Shown one piece after another: positions 59,177 through 64,000 of a DNA stretch of 64,000 nucleotides; positions within the stretch are counted from its first letter, which is position 1; each line of letters opens with the position of its first letter. The notes under the pieces are model-generated. The model did no database searches. It saw only the letters and a program-made list of their open reading frames with translations, and was not told the DNA's origin. The stretch is from Mytilus californianus (taxonomy: Eukaryota): positions 53,568,001-53,632,000 of the forward strand of contig NW_026262712.1 of the NCBI RefSeq assembly GCF_021869535.1. Direction: 5' to 3'. The translations under genes and the position numbers were made by a program.

Positions 59177-60415
59177 AACAAGAGACCCTCAAGAGCCTGA
59201 ATCGCTCACCTGTTATTTTTTTGCTTCAATCTTTCATCAATGATTATTTTTGCTTTTCAATATATATTAATGAGCGGCATAAAAATGCCATTTAAATGTA
59301 TCTGTCATATATACTTCAAAAGCAAATAAATGCATTTTACCCATATGTTCCATTTTAGCCATAGTGTCTATGTTTCTTGACGTACAAGAGAATAAAATAC
59401 AAAATTTATACTAGATTCATTTGAGAAGATTTTTTAAAGTTAAAAAACATAAACAACTTGTGTAAAATTGTGCTTAAAGGGCAATAACTCCTGAAGGGGT
59501 CAATTGACAATTTTAGTCATTTAACTTTTTGGTAGATCTTACTTTGTTGAACATTTTTGCTGTTTACAGTTTATCTGTATCTTCAAAATATTCGAGATAA
59601 TAATCAAAAACTGCAAAATTTCCTTAAAATAACCAATTTAGTGGCAGCAACCCAACAATGGATTGTTCCGTTTGTCTGAAAATTTCAGGGCTGATAGATC
59701 TTGACCTTTTGAACTTTTTTACTCAATGTCAGATTTTCTCTAAATGCTTTAGTTTCTGAGATATAAGCCAAAAACTGCATTTGACCCCTATGTTTTATTT
59801 TAGCCATGGCGGCCATGTTTGTCGATGGATCAAAACTTCGGATACAATTCATAAACTAGATACCCTAAGGAACATGCAGTTAAACTTTTGAAGGTATTTG
59901 GCCCAGTTAGTTTTAGAGTAGAAGATTTTTAAATGTTAGCAAACTTAATGAACAAATTGTGCAAAATTGTCTTTAAAGGGCAATTACTCATTAAGGGTTC
60001 AATTGACAATTTTGGTCGTATAAACTTTTTTGTAGATCTTACTTTGCTGAACATTATTGCTTATTTCAGATTATATCTATCTATAATAACATTCAAGATA
60101 ATAACAAAAAACTGCAAAATTTCCTTAAAACTACCAATTTAGTGGCAACAAACTGTATTTGACCCCTATGTTCTATTTTTAGCCATGGCGGCCATGTTTG
60201 TCGATGGATCAAAACTTCGGAAACAATTTATAAACTAGATACCCTTAGAAACATTTAGTTAAAGTTTGAAGGTATTTGGCCCAGTAGTTTCAGAGGAGAA
60301 GATTTTTTAAATAGTTTACGACAACAGACGACGACAGACGGACGACGACGGACGCCAAGTGATGGCATAAGCTCACATGGCCATGATGGGGCCCTTCGGG
60401 CCCCGGTGAGCTAAA
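59177..60415 (+). mobile_element. HINE/pearl (CvA/MgE-like) element with ~500-bp tandem core
   Basis: Starts AAACAAGAG. Core units at ~59460 and ~59959 (the second partly deleted), a GAC/GACG microsatellite at 60317-60353, and a terminal GGCCCTTCGGGCC hairpin followed by GGTGAGCTAAAA. Confidence 0.75.
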
Positions 60416-61198
60416 AAAAAACTTGCTAGTGAAGTGAAATAGCTGACCCTTCGGGAGCACTTGAGCGAATCTTGAGTTTTCTGGAAGGTCAATGTCGCTC
60501 AATTTGAAGTGTTTTGCGGAAAACGTTTTTTTCTTTTTCGACACTGTTTTGTGTGGTCCCGCCACCGTATCTCTTTTTAGTGACCGATAAATATGAAAAA
60601 ATATCAAGCTAATGAAAACAATTTGTCGTCAAAATTAACCAATGAGTGAGTATTATCGATGCAGTGGTATGATATTTTCTTGTTGTCCTGGGACTTCTTT
60701 TTATGATTGATAACAGTTTTTTTTGTAATGGAAATTATTGTACATTCTTTGTTTTTTCAATGGCAGAGATCTGAAAAGGAGAAGTAATGAGAAGCTTGTT
60801 CAAATGTTCATTATGGATTTGTCTGTCTAATTTCAAGAACCTGAACAATGCTTTTCTTGACATATTTTAGACACTGGTCTACTGTTGAAAGTGGTATGCC
60901 GAAAACAAGATGTCTCGTGAATTTATGTGCATTATCAGCTGTCTCAAACAAACTGAGAATTGTCAAATTTGAAATACATAGTTTTTATTTTCAAAACATT
61001 ATGAATTTACAATCATGATGGATGTTTTAAATGAAATGGCAGAATTAAAGAGTATTTCGGTACATTCATAAATTTTGATAAAATTTAACCCGTTTATATC
61101 CATATTACAGTACTTAAAATAGTACTTGATTAATTTTTTACATGAACTTACATATGTACAAATTTTACAACACACAAATTATATTTGAATAAAAAAAT

Positions 61199-62437
61199 TT
61201 ACATTATCAATCGTTCTTCGAATTCGAAGTCCTTGCTTAACACAAGTTCAAGATTTCTAGATGCTCGTTTCAGTTTGTTCTTCTGGTCTCGTCTTTGGCG
61301 ACGGATTTGCCATGATTTAAGGTGTACGCTGTTAATTCGACACACTTCCATCGATGAAACTGATTTGTCTTTAAATGTTTCTTCAATTCCTGAAAACCGA
61401 ACTTCTCTTTCAACGAAAGAGCCAACCCTGGTCAAGTCTCCTTCACTTTTACTTCCCGCTAAAATCTTAAAGTCGCACGAGCTGTAACACGAGTCGCAGT
61501 CAATTCCACGCCTTCGTTTCACATTTCTATGTCGTCTGCGCATTATCTGAAAGGAATTTTCTTGGATGCTCGAAGTTCTGAAGAGATTGTTCATTGAAGG
61601 AGAGCCACATTCAAAAGATTCATCACTGAACACCTCACATTTATCGTCACTGTGACGTAGACTGTCTAAAATGTCATCACATGATCTGCTTTGAAATTTG
61701 GAATGCGCCTGTATTGGATGAACCTCGCTGTCTTCCGAAAGGAGAGAGATTCCGGAATCTCTATATACAGACTTCCTAAAGTTATTTTCCTTATGCCCAC
61801 TTCCACACACAAGTGAAATCCATGATTTTCTATTTTCCTCTTTGTTAATTTGTTTTGGTGATGATTTATCGGGTTTCATTGAAAGGACATGCTGGTTTTC
61901 GAAATCCAAATTTTTTTGACTCCCGCACATTAAAGACATCCATGACAGTCTTTTATTTTGTGAAGAAATCGGCGATTCGGTTAGGTTTTCAATGTCATCT
62001 AACTCACTTTGACTCGGTGTTGTTGGTTTTGTTTTGATGTCTTCTTCTTCTTGTTCTTGTTGAAGTTGCTTTGTAATTTCTACATCACCTTCCTGTTTAT
62101 TTGACAATTTCTCTGGCCTTGGGGCTTCTTCATTTGGATCATCAAAGTCAAAATTATTCCTTCCACACATAAATGACATCCAAGATTTTCGATTTTCAGA
62201 TTTCCGTGATTTTTCGGTTTTGCGAGATTGTTTAGGAATTTCCGGAAGATTGGAAGGAATTTCGTACTGAAAATCAACATCAAAAGAATGGTAAGAAGAA
62301 TCTAGACCCTCGATGTTTCTGATTATATCTGTCACATCCAAGATACTACGTGGTCGGCTCTTTTTCTGTGTTTTCCTTTTTGACTTTCTCCATTTCGAAA
62401 CTTTTTGAAATATTGCTAGTGATTCTCCGATTGGCAT
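61199..62437 (-). CDS. Uncharacterised 412-aa Ser/Lys/Glu-rich, probably disordered protein
   Basis: A 1239-nt ORF in AT-rich DNA. Acceptor TTTGTCTTCAG ends 1 nt before the ATG, and the upstream donor exon has an in-frame stop, so this ATG is the start. No domain recognised. Confidence 0.8.
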   Translation of the reverse strand: MPIGESLAIFQKVSKWRKSKRKTQKKSRPRSILDVTDIIRNIEGLDSSYHSFDVDFQYEIPSNLPEIPKQSRKTEKSRKSENRKSWMSFMCGRNNFDFDDPNEEAPRPEKLSNKQEGDVEITKQLQQEQEEEDIKTKPTTPSQSELDDIENLTESPISSQNKRLSWMSLMCGSQKNLDFENQHVLSMKPDKSSPKQINKEENRKSWISLVCGSGHKENNFRKSVYRDSGISLLSEDSEVHPIQAHSKFQSRSCDDILDSLRHSDDKCEVFSDESFECGSPSMNNLFRTSSIQENSFQIMRRRHRNVKRRRGIDCDSCYSSCDFKILAGSKSEGDLTRVGSFVEREVRFSGIEETFKDKSVSSMEVCRINSVHLKSWQIRRQRRDQKNKLKRASRNLELVLSKDFEFEERLIM

Positions 62438-62920
62438 CCTGAAGACAAAATTATACGCAAATTAATAACATGAATAAGAAAAAAGAATATTTGATTGATT
62501 GATATCATAATTTTACAGCATTTTGAATATGAGGAAGTCAAATGCTGCACAGAAAACATGAATGTGAGCGTAGCGGAAACATTTGATACAAGTATATGTA
62601 TGTATGCTATATCAATATATAGTTATAATTATGATAAATATCTCAAACTAATACATGACAATGTTTAATTTGATATATGTATTATTCTCATTTTGCTTTA
62701 TTTTGCTTTTCCTTTTTTTCTTAAAGCTGCATAAACACGATAAAATCTCAAGAGTTGTCCGTGTATAGTTAAATCAAAATTAAAAAAAAAATACTTTAAA
62801 ATAAAAATTAATCTTGAATATCAATACCTAAAATTAAAATTCATATTAAAGTATAGAATACTTAAAAAAATGAAAAACCTTTCACTGTTAGTTTTGAAAT
62901 GTATAAATTGTATCTCTTAC

Positions 62921-63024
62921 CTGAAATGAAATAACGTTTACAACCGTTCGTAGTAATTTAATGTTACGCTGTCAACTTCTTGAACCAGAATAAACTGTAT
63001 GAATGAACTTCAAAGGTTTATATA
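62921..63024 (-). promoter_or_regulatory. Putative core promoter and non-coding first exon of the 412-aa gene
   Basis: TATATAAA at 63024-63017, an Inr-like CAGTT with A at 62996 (28 nt downstream), and a CAG|GTAAGA donor at 62921/62920. Confidence 0.45.
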
Positions 63025-64000
63025 TTTAGTTGTTGGGGTTTCCCGCTTAAATCTCAATTTACTCGATGTCAATATTTTCTCTCGTTTGTTATGATAATAC
63101 GATAGTTTATTTATGGCTATCCATCGCGTATACCCATTGACCCAAGTTCTGTTGTCACACGACCCCCTTGAGTCATCTGGATAATTAGGTTATTGTACGG
63201 GGTAGCCGTATTGTGGTCAGTGGAGTACTTGAGTTTAAGCAAATACTTACATAACCAAAATCTTTGATTAGATTAATTTTGACGTATTTTGGAGGTTTCT
63301 ATGACCTTTATTTATTTACATTGCTATGGACTTCTGGTAATTTTAAACCATGTAAAGAGACGCCCCATTTTTACCCCAGGGATGGTTGCTGACAAAGATT
63401 AAGTGCATGCATCTACCCGTGAAATTATACAAGTAAATATTTTTTAGTAATTGATTTACATCTGCCTGTCCTTTTACTTTCCGTATTTAAAAAAGTATGT
63501 TAACATGTTCCATTACTTTGCAGTTTTATCCGATTTTCCGAAAAGAAAAGGAAGATTTTTAATTGTATAAAAATAGAAATTTATCAGTGATTCACAATAT
63601 CATATCACAAAAAGATAAAATTACTTTTTAAGTCAAATATTGTTTCGGCATAGATATGTGTCAAATCTGAATGCAATTTAAATGTATTGTGATCGTATTT
63701 TAAATAGTGAACTAAACACCTGAAAGGGGCGTCATTTCCTAAATTTAACAAATTCAAAGAGTTAATTGAATCGGACAACAATTCGGTATGTAGAGCAGAA
63801 GATAATCGATGGTATTTCCTGATGAATTCCAATGCCTTTACTTTACTGACATTCGCACTAAGACTATTTTACGTAAAGGTCCATAGAAATTATACGTTTT
63901 GTTTTTAACCTTTTAACCTTAACTTTTTTTTATTTTTCATTGCAATTATTATTTACATTCATTTTCATTATAAAATTTATAGATGACAAAATGCATCGAC

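Noticed and set aside
1-64000. Prokaryotic or horizontally acquired operon-like system
   Set aside because: No operon structure, ribosome-binding sites or compositional island; all coding pieces fit eukaryotic genes or eukaryotic transposons.

Overview
AT-rich eukaryotic genomic DNA with spliceosomal introns and tRNA-derived SINEs. The repeat and gene families suggest a bivalve mollusc, probably a Mytilus-like mussel (inference). All host genes are on the minus strand: a 2-exon cAMP-receptor-like 7TM receptor (10013-9430 joined to 5598-5217, 321 aa), an intronless UDP-glucuronosyltransferase (14976-13468), two intact RING-less B-box/coiled-coil/NHL-propeller (TRIM-like) paralogues (30606-28963, 37621-35975) plus a decapitated pseudogene copy (50537-49249), and a 412-aa low-complexity orphan with a thrice-repeated basic-SW-x-S-x-x-CG motif (62437-61199). 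Most of the remainder is nested mobile DNA. The most notable element is a 5.5-kb Ginger2/TDD-like transposon (19417-24926) with perfect 23-bp TG...CA TIRs. It carries a decayed HHCC/DD(35)E integrase gene split into at least 9 exons, ending in a Tudor-like segment, and one intron holds a hammerhead-ribozyme-like retrozyme. Other elements: a TTAA-flanked piggyBac-type shell that splits a LINE ORF in frame, a MULE-like element with a 9-bp TSD, AcademX and hAT remnants, several Penelope-like RT fragments, SINEs, HINE/pearl-type elements and hairpin MITEs. No rRNA, intact tRNA gene or CRISPR array is supported. All alignments and counts were done by eye; no database searches were run.
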